Below, piece by piece: positions 40,501-48,242 of a stretch of DNA of 64,000 nucleotides. The translations under genes and the position numbers were made by a program. The stretch covers positions 62,936 to 126,935 of the forward strand of contig CAZBEW010000001.1 in the NCBI GenBank assembly GCA_964491115.1, in the 5' to 3' direction. The DNA is from an uncultured Pseudomonadales bacterium (GTDB lineage Bacteria; Patescibacteriota; Microgenomatia; UBA1400; PJMF01). How positions within the stretch are numbered: the first letter of the stretch is position 1; the number at the start of each line of letters is the position of its first letter. Below the pieces are notes generated by a model. That model had not been told where the DNA came from, ran no database searches, and saw only the letters and a program-made list of their open reading frames with translations.

Positions 40501-40910
40501 AATAAATAAAAACTAGCACCAAGAACAGCCAATAGTCGACATTGCTTATTGTTTCTTAATAAATGGGCAAATAAACGATAAGCTCCTAAAACACCCAGTA
40601 ATAAAGACAAATAATTCCAGAAATATCTTAGCCACTCTTGTTTTAAGATTAAAGATAAGGGCCATAACAACAGCTGGCGAATTAAGTCTGCTCCATGAGC
40701 CATCCCTCCCAATAAACCCAAACCCTGATATTCTTGCCAAACAGCATTAAAAGTTCTTTCTAAATTAATCCCCAAATCAAGCTCAACGGGTAAATTATCC
40801 CAACCAATTAAATAAGTATCTGGGGTAAAGTTCTGATAACACAAAACAGTGACTAAGAAAAACAAAAGCAGCTGAGGCCAGATCTTTTTAACTAGGGAAA
40901 TAAATTTCAT
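37575..40910 (-). CDS. large GT-C membrane glycosyltransferase (AftD/YfhO-like) with big extracellular region
   Basis: 1111 aa; N-terminal GWD acidic loop, ~12 TM, soluble domain, YfhO-like LSQAFDPAW...NWANAW..YWPQ-TM end. Confidence 0.75.
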   Translation of the reverse strand: MKFISLVKKIWPQLLLFFLVTVLCYQNFTPDTYLIGWDNLPVELDLGINLERTFNAVWQEYQGLGLLGGMAHGADLIRQLLLWPLSLILKQEWLRYFWNYLSLLLGVLGAYRLFAHLLRNNKQCRLLAVLGASFYLLNLGTVQNFYVTFEPFAAFFAFFPWLIYYFLSYLEQSTKKNLLLFILFSLLGSIFAYVQTVFIVYLLILLIIMVFFLLKKKITWKKFALVLLIVFLSNAFWLLPVIYFTIFASNTTVDAKINLMSTEVTFLKNNQFGSFANLATLKGFWLDYTDFNQWGNSVYLMDVWKTHFHQPGVIIVSWLYFLLLLLGLGLLIFSKKNKSFLAHSHLAILLVFLFTVFILAGSNPPLAFLYDFLRQYLPLFGQIFRSAFTKWIVPYSLFYSLLLTFGLAWLFSLLKKRVWQFILSGLFFLSLLYYSWPSFTGNFFYSRLRINIPDAYFQLFDYFKDQAPASSRIANLPQHTFYGWQWNDWGYRGSGFIWYGIKQPILDRAFDVWSEASERYYWQLQLALDRQDIVALENVFAQYDVDYLILDESIINRNTKKPFNYQAISDFLQSSTNIHLLEQYDFLSIYQVKKQPHQARQEFISLYDDLPRVINNYRFSWLDQAFADLSHYLSIDDQLLTEQRAASINPDFIYPFPALFSNHLQKNLEFSLSEDEHYFYLTSLKASPSTDFQLHFADLLKSEKDLPFRLTWLVENGEAQLNFSLLAPEIIEQDQITNFTLEKDFVFDAHLCLASEACYLNINNHLIAQLENSGQIDLLLNTSVSNTIALSSEQSTAYFDYAFFDLNLFNVQVEQVEQTKRVEQESHQGTEQLLVKIPRVILQSNLMTSEKNVFEPVDCRPLQGGSVAKEQWAEGTFYQAVGTSICDHFPLANLKHDLGYLIRLEAKNLASLPAVFAVQSDSSGRSPIETYLSEGINYQVLPPTEDFNQAYTLYFSIDSYGRELNEDLIESLEVFFWPYNFLKNLSWRNATAQVFQEQPSACDFTVQKRAFWLYQVNLSSNCQTKYLSLSQAFDPAWVAYQDGQKLEHHKLSNWANAWVINKPTDNSQIYIVYWPQLLELGGLVLLMPLLIILLAKWQKNRALRLEKKSSL

Positions 40911-40936
40911 AACTCAATTGTATACAAAAACTAAGC

Positions 40937-42331
40937 TTAAGTGCCAGCTTGAGAATATATTGGCTTGTGCCAAAAATATCCTTTTTCTAGTCCGCTTGTT
41001 TTGACAATTTGTTCTTTAACAACTTGTTTTTTGACTGGCGTTATATGACTTAAATATTGTCCAGCAACCTCATTCCAGTCATGCGCTTTAGATAATTGAC
41101 GAGCAAAATTCCACATTTTTTGGCGTAAAACTGGATTTTGCCAGTTGTTTAAAAATACTTTGGCAAAAGAAGTGTAATTTAAGTCAAATAATAATTGATC
41201 AGTAGCGACACCATGCTTTTTAGCTAATTTTTGCACCTCATCTGTTCTTAAATTTTCGGCAAAAAAACTTGAGCAAATAAAAGACTTACGATATTGCAAA
41301 GCTAGAGCTAGAGCTCCAGAACTCGACATACGCGCACGATAAGGAAAAACTACTAAATCTGCCACTGCAAAAATCTTTGCCACCTCTTTTTCTGGCACGA
41401 AGCCAGTGTGAATAATATCTTGACTATTATTTTTGATTAAATTGTGCAGATTTTGATAAAAAGCACGCAAATGAGCCTGATTTTTTTGGGTAGGTGCCAC
41501 ATCTCCTGCTAATAATAATTTAGTATTCTTGCTTAACTTGCCAGATTTTTTTAAACGCAAAAAGTTCTTAATCAACCAATCAGTACCTTTGTACCAAGAA
41601 TGATAACCATAGGCTAAAACTAGTCGATCACTGGCTTGACAGCCCAAACTTTGCTTAAAATTAGCTTGTTGTTCTTGAGTTAAATTTTGATAACCATTAA
41701 TACCGTGAGGAATAATAGCTAATTTACGCTGAGGCACTAAGTTTTGTAATTTTTCAGCTAAAAATTGATCATGAACCAATATTTTTTGACTAGCCAAGCC
41801 CAAAATACTATAAAACAGACGCATCGCGCCATTAAAAAACAGAGTTTTTAGCGAACTAGCAGACAAGGCCACTTGACCAGACAAAGTAGCTAAATCTAAA
41901 ACTACTTGATGTAGCATGCTGTAGATTTTTTTGCCAAGCAAGCGTTGCCAAAGAAAGAAAAAAGGCAATAAAAAAGTAATAATTTCTTTGCCAAATAAAC
42001 TAAATTCAAATTGGAGGAGGATGTTTTTTGCCTGAGAAAAACGTTTAAATTGACTGTTTAGTTGAGTAAAAAGCTGAAGTGAGTTAACTGTATAGCTGGG
42101 AACAACTAAAATGTTCTTTTTGAGTAAATAAGCCTGGTTGTTTTCACCAACAATTTGCTCACACAGAACCACCACTCGTTGTTGATTGGGGAAATGTTGA
42201 AGTAATAATTGGCTATAACGAGCCACTGCGTTACGCTTGGCAATTTCCTCACCTTGCAGAGGAAAACTAGAAACTAGCAACAAAGTAGCTGAATCATTAA
42301 AGCGCTGGTAAGTCTTGTTACTTAATTTCAT
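40937..42331 (-). CDS. GT4 (GT-B) glycosyltransferase
   Basis: IPHG, YKG, TGFVP, ADLVVFPY...SSSGAL; start moved to MKLSNK. Confidence 0.85.
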   Translation of the reverse strand: MKLSNKTYQRFNDSATLLLVSSFPLQGEEIAKRNAVARYSQLLLQHFPNQQRVVVLCEQIVGENNQAYLLKKNILVVPSYTVNSLQLFTQLNSQFKRFSQAKNILLQFEFSLFGKEIITFLLPFFFLWQRLLGKKIYSMLHQVVLDLATLSGQVALSASSLKTLFFNGAMRLFYSILGLASQKILVHDQFLAEKLQNLVPQRKLAIIPHGINGYQNLTQEQQANFKQSLGCQASDRLVLAYGYHSWYKGTDWLIKNFLRLKKSGKLSKNTKLLLAGDVAPTQKNQAHLRAFYQNLHNLIKNNSQDIIHTGFVPEKEVAKIFAVADLVVFPYRARMSSSGALALALQYRKSFICSSFFAENLRTDEVQKLAKKHGVATDQLLFDLNYTSFAKVFLNNWQNPVLRQKMWNFARQLSKAHDWNEVAGQYLSHITPVKKQVVKEQIVKTSGLEKGYFWHKPIYSQAGT

Positions 42332-42379
42332 AATTTTTGGTAAAACAAAAACCACCAATCCTAATTGATGAGCTTTGTT

Positions 42380-42418
42380 TTACCCGCGTCTCCTATGTTT
42401 CAAGGGGGACGCGGGTAA
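42380..42418 (-). terminator. GC-rich hairpin after the lipoprotein gene
   Basis: TTACCCGCGTC/GACGCGGGTAA 11-bp stem, extendable; no clear U tract. Confidence 0.55.
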
Positions 42419-42424
42419 GGAGGA

Positions 42425-43342
42425 TTATGGGGCATAAGCCGTGAGGCTTTGCCCTGGAAAGGTGGCGGCCGCCCAGGCCTTTACCTGGGCTTCGGTCCAG
42501 CTGCTTGGCATTAGCCAAGCTTGGACCGTTTTATAAGCAATATTGTCCTGGGCATTCACCCAGAACACCAGCTGTTCATCCAACAGCGCGACAGTAGTCG
42601 CGCCTCGAGCGCCAATGCTGGCGCTGAAAGCTGAGCCATCCCAAACCCCGTGTACCGAAATAGACTGGGGTTGGTCAAAGTCGGCGTTGTCTGGCAAAAC
42701 CACCACTGGTGTGGCTTGTCCTAAGGGAAAAACAAAAATGTTTTTCCCGTAGTGGACAAAAATTGTCCAGTCGTAACCATTTGCTATCTGGTTCTGACGT
42801 TTTGCCGTCACGAACTCAGATGCGATCGGCGGCTTTGTAGTGGAAAAGTCCGCCATGTTCCAGTCTGCGGGATACACCCACAGGCTGGCCTCACGAACGG
42901 AGAGTTCCCACTCCACACCTGGGTCAAAGACCCAAATATGGTGCTCGGGATCGAGGGTCTGGCGACCCTCAATCAAAATGTTGCAACCAGCATAGTCTGC
43001 CAGCTGCTTCATTCCTGAAGACAACTTATAAAAGCCGTCTTCTTTCAGGTTGCTGAGGAATTCGATCCTCATTCCCTGATATCCGAGCGGACAATCCGCG
43101 ATTGCGACCACGGGTTCTTCCACCGGTACTTCAACCACTGGTTCTTCAACTACGGGTTCGACCACGGGTTCGACCACCGGGTCTTCGACCACGGGGTCGA
43201 CCAGCACCGGTTCCACGATAGGTACGGTTGTTTCCTTTACCTCTGTTGGAGGCAAAGGGGGTGCTTCTTGCTCAACCGGAGTCGAGCAAGAGGCGAGTAA
43301 ACTCGCCACTAACAACAAAACAAACAAAATTTTTGCGCGCAT
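42425..43342 (-). CDS. orphan lipoprotein with Pro/Val/Glu repeat stalk
   Basis: Start moved to MRAKILF after AAAGGAG; lipobox LASC; (V/E)EPVV repeats; visibly higher GC than neighbours. Confidence 0.8.
   Translation of the reverse strand: MRAKILFVLLLVASLLASCSTPVEQEAPPLPPTEVKETTVPIVEPVLVDPVVEDPVVEPVVEPVVEEPVVEVPVEEPVVAIADCPLGYQGMRIEFLSNLKEDGFYKLSSGMKQLADYAGCNILIEGRQTLDPEHHIWVFDPGVEWELSVREASLWVYPADWNMADFSTTKPPIASEFVTAKRQNQIANGYDWTIFVHYGKNIFVFPLGQATPVVVLPDNADFDQPQSISVHGVWDGSAFSASIGARGATTVALLDEQLVFWVNAQDNIAYKTVQAWLMPSSWTEAQVKAWAAATFPGQSLTAYAP
43105..43225. repeat. 12/15-bp degenerate tandem repeats encoding PVVE(E/D)
   Basis: ttcgaccacggg-type units repeated about 8 times. Confidence 0.75.
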
Positions 43343-43404
43343 GATTTTTTCTCCTTTTTCTTGCGCAAATTCCACTAGACAGCAGTGGTCACCGACTCGT
43401 CCAT

Positions 43405-43664
43405 TGCCCTGATGGCACGCTTGGACCAGCTTCTCTAACAACCACCTCAATCATGATTGCTAAAAAAGCTGGACCAAAATGCCTCGGGCATTATTTCCTC
43501 CTTGTTAAGGTGCGTCTCTTTTCGTAAGTGACTCAAAACTCCAGAAGCAATTTCTAGGTTTTAAGCTTTACTTAAGAGCTCCTTCTTCTACTCTTTCGAG
43601 TAGAGAATAATTTTTGACACAAGGGTTGGGGAAAAAAGATGGAGCTGTCAAAAACTATTCTCTA
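43405..43664 (-). ncRNA. candidate structured 5' leader RNA
   Basis: Four hairpins with G-U pairs only on the - strand (19-bp stem 43601-43664; GAAA hairpin 43587-43604; 43525-43574; 24-bp stem 43421-43477) plus a possible pseudoknot. Confidence 0.6.
43447..43491 (-). CDS. putative 14-aa leader peptide MPEAFWSSFFSNHD
   Basis: Perfect SD AAGGAGG 5 nt upstream of the ATG, in a window where SDs are rare. Confidence 0.4.
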   Translation of the reverse strand: MPEAFWSSFFSNHD

Positions 43665-43708
43665 ATCAAAAGATTCATTACTTATTTATTAATTTATTAA
43701 TATATATA

Positions 43709-43752
43709 AGTATATCAAATAAAGTCATTTTTGTCAATATTATGGGACATTA
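43709..43752 (-). promoter_or_regulatory. sigma70 promoter with abutting TAATGTCCCATAAT motif
   Basis: TTGACA-17-TATACT with extended TG; motif 1 bp upstream of the -35. Confidence 0.8.
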
Positions 43753-43827
43753 CAATTATCTTTTTGCCAAATTTCTTAACTCAAGATCAAATAATCATTT
43801 AAGTTGAAAAGTCACCTTAGCTATTTT

Positions 43828-43856
43828 AAAAAGCCCTTCTGTCAAAGAAGGGCTTT
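43828..43856 (-). terminator. intrinsic terminator
   Basis: AAAGCCCTTCT/AGAAGGGCTTT stem with T tract, 22 bp after the stop of the TPDTG protein. Confidence 0.75.
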
Positions 43857-43878
43857 CAATTTCATATTTCTGTAAATT

Positions 43879-44556
43879 TTATTTACTAAATTTCTTTGAT
43901 TTGCCTAAAGCAAAAGCACCTACGCCAGCTAAAGCCACCGCTTCTAAAATTAAAACTGTGCTTAAATCAAAACCAGTGTCTGGAGTGCTCTCAGTAATAA
44001 TGGCAGCACCATCGCTTTTTACACAAAAGCTAGCATAATCACTATCACTCACATCATCTGGGCGAGAATAAACTTTGGCCTTATTGGTAATACAAGTAGT
44101 ACCAGCTGGTAATTCGTTTTTACCCTTAAATCGAGCAGTAAAATAGACAGTAATTTCTTCATCAGGATCAACGGTATCAATAATAAATTTTAATTCATTG
44201 TCCTTAAATTCAACTGGGTATTCTTTGCCGTCTGCTCCTAAATAGAACATGTAATCAACTAAACGAGCGAAATCATCAATTAGACGAACCTTGTTGGTTT
44301 TAACATCGCTCACATTTTTAATGCGTAATCTAAATTTAACTTCTTGCTCAGGAGCAAAAGTGTAAGAGCTAGCAGCAATATTGTCCCAATATTCATTGGC
44401 TTTGGGATTAAAAATCTTTTTATCTAGGCTTAGATCGCCGTTTTCACAGACTTCACCACCGCCATAAACGGTGTGACAATCGCGAGCACTGGCAACATTA
44501 AAAGTCACTAAAAGAAAAGCTGTTGCTAATAAAAGGGAAGAAATTATTTTTTTCAT
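43879..44556 (-). CDS. secreted DUF11/Ig-like protein with sortase sorting signal (TPDTG)
   Basis: Signal peptide (ASA-RD), C..VYGGGEVC, LSLDKKI...FRLRIKN...ITNKAKV Ig-like strands, TPDTG + TM + KSKKFSK. Confidence 0.85.
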   Translation of the reverse strand: MKKIISSLLLATAFLLVTFNVASARDCHTVYGGGEVCENGDLSLDKKIFNPKANEYWDNIAASSYTFAPEQEVKFRLRIKNVSDVKTNKVRLIDDFARLVDYMFYLGADGKEYPVEFKDNELKFIIDTVDPDEEITVYFTARFKGKNELPAGTTCITNKAKVYSRPDDVSDSDYASFCVKSDGAAIITESTPDTGFDLSTVLILEAVALAGVGAFALGKSKKFSK

Positions 44557-44657
44557 AAATACTTTGTTATTTTTTTTATTTTTTTATTAATTTAATTTAT
44601 TTATTTTTAATTTAATTATATTTAATTTAATAAATGTAATAATGTGTCTGATACTCT

Positions 44658-44701
44658 ATTATATACTTATAATTAATTATTGTCAATATTATGGGATATT
44701 A
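44658..44701 (-). promoter_or_regulatory. consensus sigma70 promoter with abutting TAATATCCCATAAT motif
   Basis: TTGACA-17-TATAAT; 22-mer is 21/22 identical to 43731-43752. Confidence 0.85.
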
Positions 44702-45520
44702 TTCCTTAACAACAGGCACAGCGGTAATAAATAAACGCTGCCAACTGGTGCCCGGTGGCCAACAAGTTTGCAGTAATAAGATATTTTCCTCTTGAAGATT
44801 GTTAACAAAATCAATTTCTGTACTAGCGACTACATTTTGGGCAGTGACTTCGTAGACAAATTGTTCATCTCCCAAATGAAGAATGATTTGCTCGCCAATA
44901 GCTAAATCTTTGATTTGATAAAAAACCGCATTGTAAGCTTCGACATTCCATAAACCATTAGTAGAATGCCCAAAAATATAAATTAATTTTTCTTGACCAG
45001 GAAAAGCTGAGTTTTTGGCATGTGCCACACCAGATTCTAGTGCTGATTGATATTCTTCAGCATTATTAGGATCGATATTGGGATGAACCTGCTCGTAGAG
45101 TTCTAGGCTAGGTATTTCAATATAAAAAGGTAAGGTCGCGTAGTCGGGAGTTTCTATGAGCTTGGCTAAAGCGCTTTGACCGGCTTCTTGGCTGGAGGCC
45201 TCTTCTCTGGCAAAAATTGGCCAAGTCTTGTCGAGTTGCATTTTTGTCCAATCAAAAAAGGCAAAAGTATTCTCCTCTACTTCTTGTGGTAAATTTTTGA
45301 AAAATTCAGGAACAGCACTGATGAGCTGTTTTGATTGATTAAGTGTATTTGGTAATTTTTTAATTGCTTGAAAACTAAAAAATGGATTGCTTAAGATAAG
45401 CAGTAAAAAACTCAAAACAAAAGAAAAGATCGCCAACTTCTTGAGGCTTTTTGCTTTTTGTAAAATAAATTTAGCCGGGGATTTTTGATATAATCTCACC
45501 CTCGTCTTTTTATTTATCAT
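44699..45520 (-). CDS. sortase
   Basis: IEIPSL, GVAH, IFGHS (His), LQTCWPPG (Cys), QRL (Arg); N-terminal TM. Confidence 0.93.
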   Translation of the reverse strand: MINKKTRVRLYQKSPAKFILQKAKSLKKLAIFSFVLSFLLLILSNPFFSFQAIKKLPNTLNQSKQLISAVPEFFKNLPQEVEENTFAFFDWTKMQLDKTWPIFAREEASSQEAGQSALAKLIETPDYATLPFYIEIPSLELYEQVHPNIDPNNAEEYQSALESGVAHAKNSAFPGQEKLIYIFGHSTNGLWNVEAYNAVFYQIKDLAIGEQIILHLGDEQFVYEVTAQNVVASTEIDFVNNLQEENILLLQTCWPPGTSWQRLFITAVPVVKE

Positions 45521-45534
45521 TATGGGACATTATA
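45519..45534 (-). promoter_or_regulatory. third motif copy, fused with the -10 box and start codon of the sortase
   Basis: - strand TATAATGTCCCATA-ATG; 14/14 identical to the 43739-43752 copy. Confidence 0.7.
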
Positions 45535-45602
45535 CTGAAAAATGTGAAAAAATCAAGCTTTTGTCCAATGTCTTAAAAAAAGTTTAATGATAAAATTAAG
45601 AC

Positions 45603-46280
45603 ATGTTAAGTGCGAGATACGAGCGGAAATTTTTTTTAACTGAGCTAAATGATAAGCAATTAGAAACCATTATTAAATTGCACCCGGCAATTTTCTCAGA
45701 AATATATCACGAGCGCCAGGTTAACAGCCTTTATTTTGACAATCATAGTCTAGATTTTTATCAACATAATGTTCAAGGCAGTCAGGAACGTTTGAAAATT
45801 AGGCTGCGCTGGTATGATGACTTAGAAAATGCCCTCGACCCCAATTTGGAATTTAAAATTAAAGTTGGCTTGCTAGGCACTAAAGAGACAATTGCCTGCC
45901 AAAGTTTTTCCTCAGCTGGTGATTTGCCAATGATTAATGACTTGCTTATTACTGAAAATAATTTTGCATCGCTAAGTAAATATAAGCTAAAAAATCTCAA
46001 ACCAGTGATTTTAATTTCATATTTTCGGCGCTATTTTCAATCGGCTGATAAAAAATATCGCTTAACCATTGATCGTGATTTACGTTTTTATCAAGTTAAT
46101 AAAAATCAAATAACTTGGAACACTAAACTACAAATCAACGCAAATATCTTAGAATTAAAGTATGATCAGCAAAACGATACCGAGGCCGATAAAATTAGCT
46201 CATTTTTTCCTTTTCGCATGACTAAATCGTCTAAATATGTATTGGGAATGTTAAAAGTTTATCCGCAAGTTAAGATTTAA
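45603..46280 (+). CDS. VTC-domain (polyphosphate polymerase, CYTH/TTM fold) protein
   Basis: RYERKF, VNSLYFD, KIRLRWY, LEFKIK, Y.R.YF, RLTID, ILELKY, SKY. Confidence 0.9.
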   Translation: MLSARYERKFFLTELNDKQLETIIKLHPAIFSEIYHERQVNSLYFDNHSLDFYQHNVQGSQERLKIRLRWYDDLENALDPNLEFKIKVGLLGTKETIACQSFSSAGDLPMINDLLITENNFASLSKYKLKNLKPVILISYFRRYFQSADKKYRLTIDRDLRFYQVNKNQITWNTKLQINANILELKYDQQNDTEADKISSFFPFRMTKSSKYVLGMLKVYPQVKI

Positions 46281-46281
46281 C

Positions 46282-48180
46282 ATGATTTTAAAAAAAAATA
46301 AAAAATTTCACTTAGCTTGGAAAAAAATTTTTAAATATTTAGCTGCTTTTTTAATTTTATTTTTTTTCATTTTAATTTTATTTAATTTTGATTTTATAAA
46401 AATTAATTTATTAAAACAAAAAATAAGCTTTGATCCAGATATTAATTTTTCCAAGGAAGCGATTAATTTAACTTTAAGTTCACCAATTAAAAAGGCCACA
46501 ATTTATTACACTAAAGATGGCACTACTCCAGATGAAAGTAGCGAGCAATACCAAAATCCCATTGAAATTAAGGAAACTACCACTTTAAAATTTGTTCTTT
46601 ATAAAAAAGGCAAACAACTGGGGACCGTGCAAACCCATGATCTGTTTATTAATACCCATCACGATCTCGCAGTAATTTCTTTATCTACGGATCCAGTTAA
46701 TTTATGGGATGAAGAAACTGGCATTTATACAGAAGAAAATTATGCAAAGAAGGGCAAGGAGTGGGAAAGAAATGGGGTAATAAATTTTTATGAAGAAGAT
46801 GGCACACGCGGATTTTCTCGAGAAGTGGGGATTAGGATTCATGGCGGTGGAACACGAGGGTTACCGCAAAAATCTTTTCGGATTTTAATTACTAACAAGG
46901 AAAATAATCAAACTCTAAAATATCCCTTATTCCCTGATGGCAAAGTGCAGAATTTTAATTCTTTTATTTTAAGAAATGCTGGTGGTGATTGGAGCCATAC
47001 CCATTTGAGAGATGCGTTAATGCAAGAAATCGTTGAAGACGCCAATTTAACAGTTGATTTACAAGATTATCGTCCAGCAGTCCTCTATTTAAATGGTCAA
47101 TATTGGGGCTTATATGACATTCGTGAAAGATATGACCAAGATTATTTTAGCAATCACTATGGTGCCGATGCAAAACGCGTCAATATTTATTACGTGCCTC
47201 ACGATGTTGGCGTTGATCGCGGTCGAATACAACTGGACGAGGGAAAAGACACCGGGGGCGTTGAACTTTATAACAAGCTTTTTAATGAAACAAAAAGTTG
47301 CCAAAGTTGTACCGACTTAAATAATTTAAAACAATATCTGGACCCAATTAACTACCGCGATTATTTAATTACCGAATTACATTTTAATAATTATGATTGG
47401 CCTTATGGTAACGCTAAACTCTGGCGCTATGAAACCAATGCTTTTGAACCGAATGCTCCCAATGGTTTAGATGGGCGCTTCCGCTGGTTACTTTTTGATT
47501 TAGATGTGGGATTTGGAGCTGGTAAACAAAGTGAGGAAGAAATGCAAAGATCTGCCAAAGCCAATCCCTATCAAGATCGCTTGGTTGATGATCACTTCCC
47601 CTTTAGAAATTTATTTTATAACTACAGCTTTGCTAATGAGTTTGTCAATCAATATGCTGATTTATTGAATACATCCTTTAAATATGAAAACGTCGTAGCA
47701 AAAATTGATGAGCTAGCAGGCGCAATTGACTCTGAAATGCCTAGACAAATTGAGCGCTGGCATAATAAAGAAACTTGGCCAGGAATAATAAATAATCAAG
47801 AAACTATTGATAAAATTAAAAACATCGGCTCTTATGAAGAATGGAAAAACAATGTTGAATTATTAAAAGTCTATGCTTACTGGCGACCAATCTATATGAA
47901 AGAACATACGATCAACTTTTTTAATCTTTCAGGAATGAGCAATATCAGCATCAATACTAATAACCCTGCTTGTGGCTCAATTAAGGTCAACAGCATTATT
48001 ATTGATAAAGAACAAATGCCTTGGGTTGGAGAATATTTTAATGATGTTAGAATTAATATAGAAGCAATTTCAAGCGCCGGCTGCAAATTTGTTTCTTGGA
48101 CTGGCGATATTGAATCCAAAAATAAGAAAATTAATTTTTTACTTGATGCAAATATTAATTTAATTGCTAATTATAAATAA
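46282..48180 (+). CDS. membrane-anchored CotH-family kinase with Fn3-associated and C-terminal B-repeat-like domains
   Basis: TM; IYYTKDGTTP; GIRIHGG.TR..PQKSF; LYLNGQYWGLY..RE; N.DWPYGN; WLLFDLD; FVSWTG. Confidence 0.9.
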   Translation: MILKKNKKFHLAWKKIFKYLAAFLILFFFILILFNFDFIKINLLKQKISFDPDINFSKEAINLTLSSPIKKATIYYTKDGTTPDESSEQYQNPIEIKETTTLKFVLYKKGKQLGTVQTHDLFINTHHDLAVISLSTDPVNLWDEETGIYTEENYAKKGKEWERNGVINFYEEDGTRGFSREVGIRIHGGGTRGLPQKSFRILITNKENNQTLKYPLFPDGKVQNFNSFILRNAGGDWSHTHLRDALMQEIVEDANLTVDLQDYRPAVLYLNGQYWGLYDIRERYDQDYFSNHYGADAKRVNIYYVPHDVGVDRGRIQLDEGKDTGGVELYNKLFNETKSCQSCTDLNNLKQYLDPINYRDYLITELHFNNYDWPYGNAKLWRYETNAFEPNAPNGLDGRFRWLLFDLDVGFGAGKQSEEEMQRSAKANPYQDRLVDDHFPFRNLFYNYSFANEFVNQYADLLNTSFKYENVVAKIDELAGAIDSEMPRQIERWHNKETWPGIINNQETIDKIKNIGSYEEWKNNVELLKVYAYWRPIYMKEHTINFFNLSGMSNISINTNNPACGSIKVNSIIIDKEQMPWVGEYFNDVRINIEAISSAGCKFVSWTGDIESKNKKINFLLDANINLIANYK

Positions 48181-48242
48181 TAATCCTTTAATTATCTTAA
48201 AAATATTTTACAATTATAAACACTTAGCAAAGAAAGAAACTT

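Noticed and set aside
43343-43450. N-terminal extension MRWLLEK... of the lipoprotein, or stop-codon readthrough of the uORF
   Set aside because: The SD and signal peptide fit ATG 43342; the uORF frame hits TAG four codons after its TGA, and TGA is a normal stop elsewhere (rmuC, rarA, queA), so no recoding
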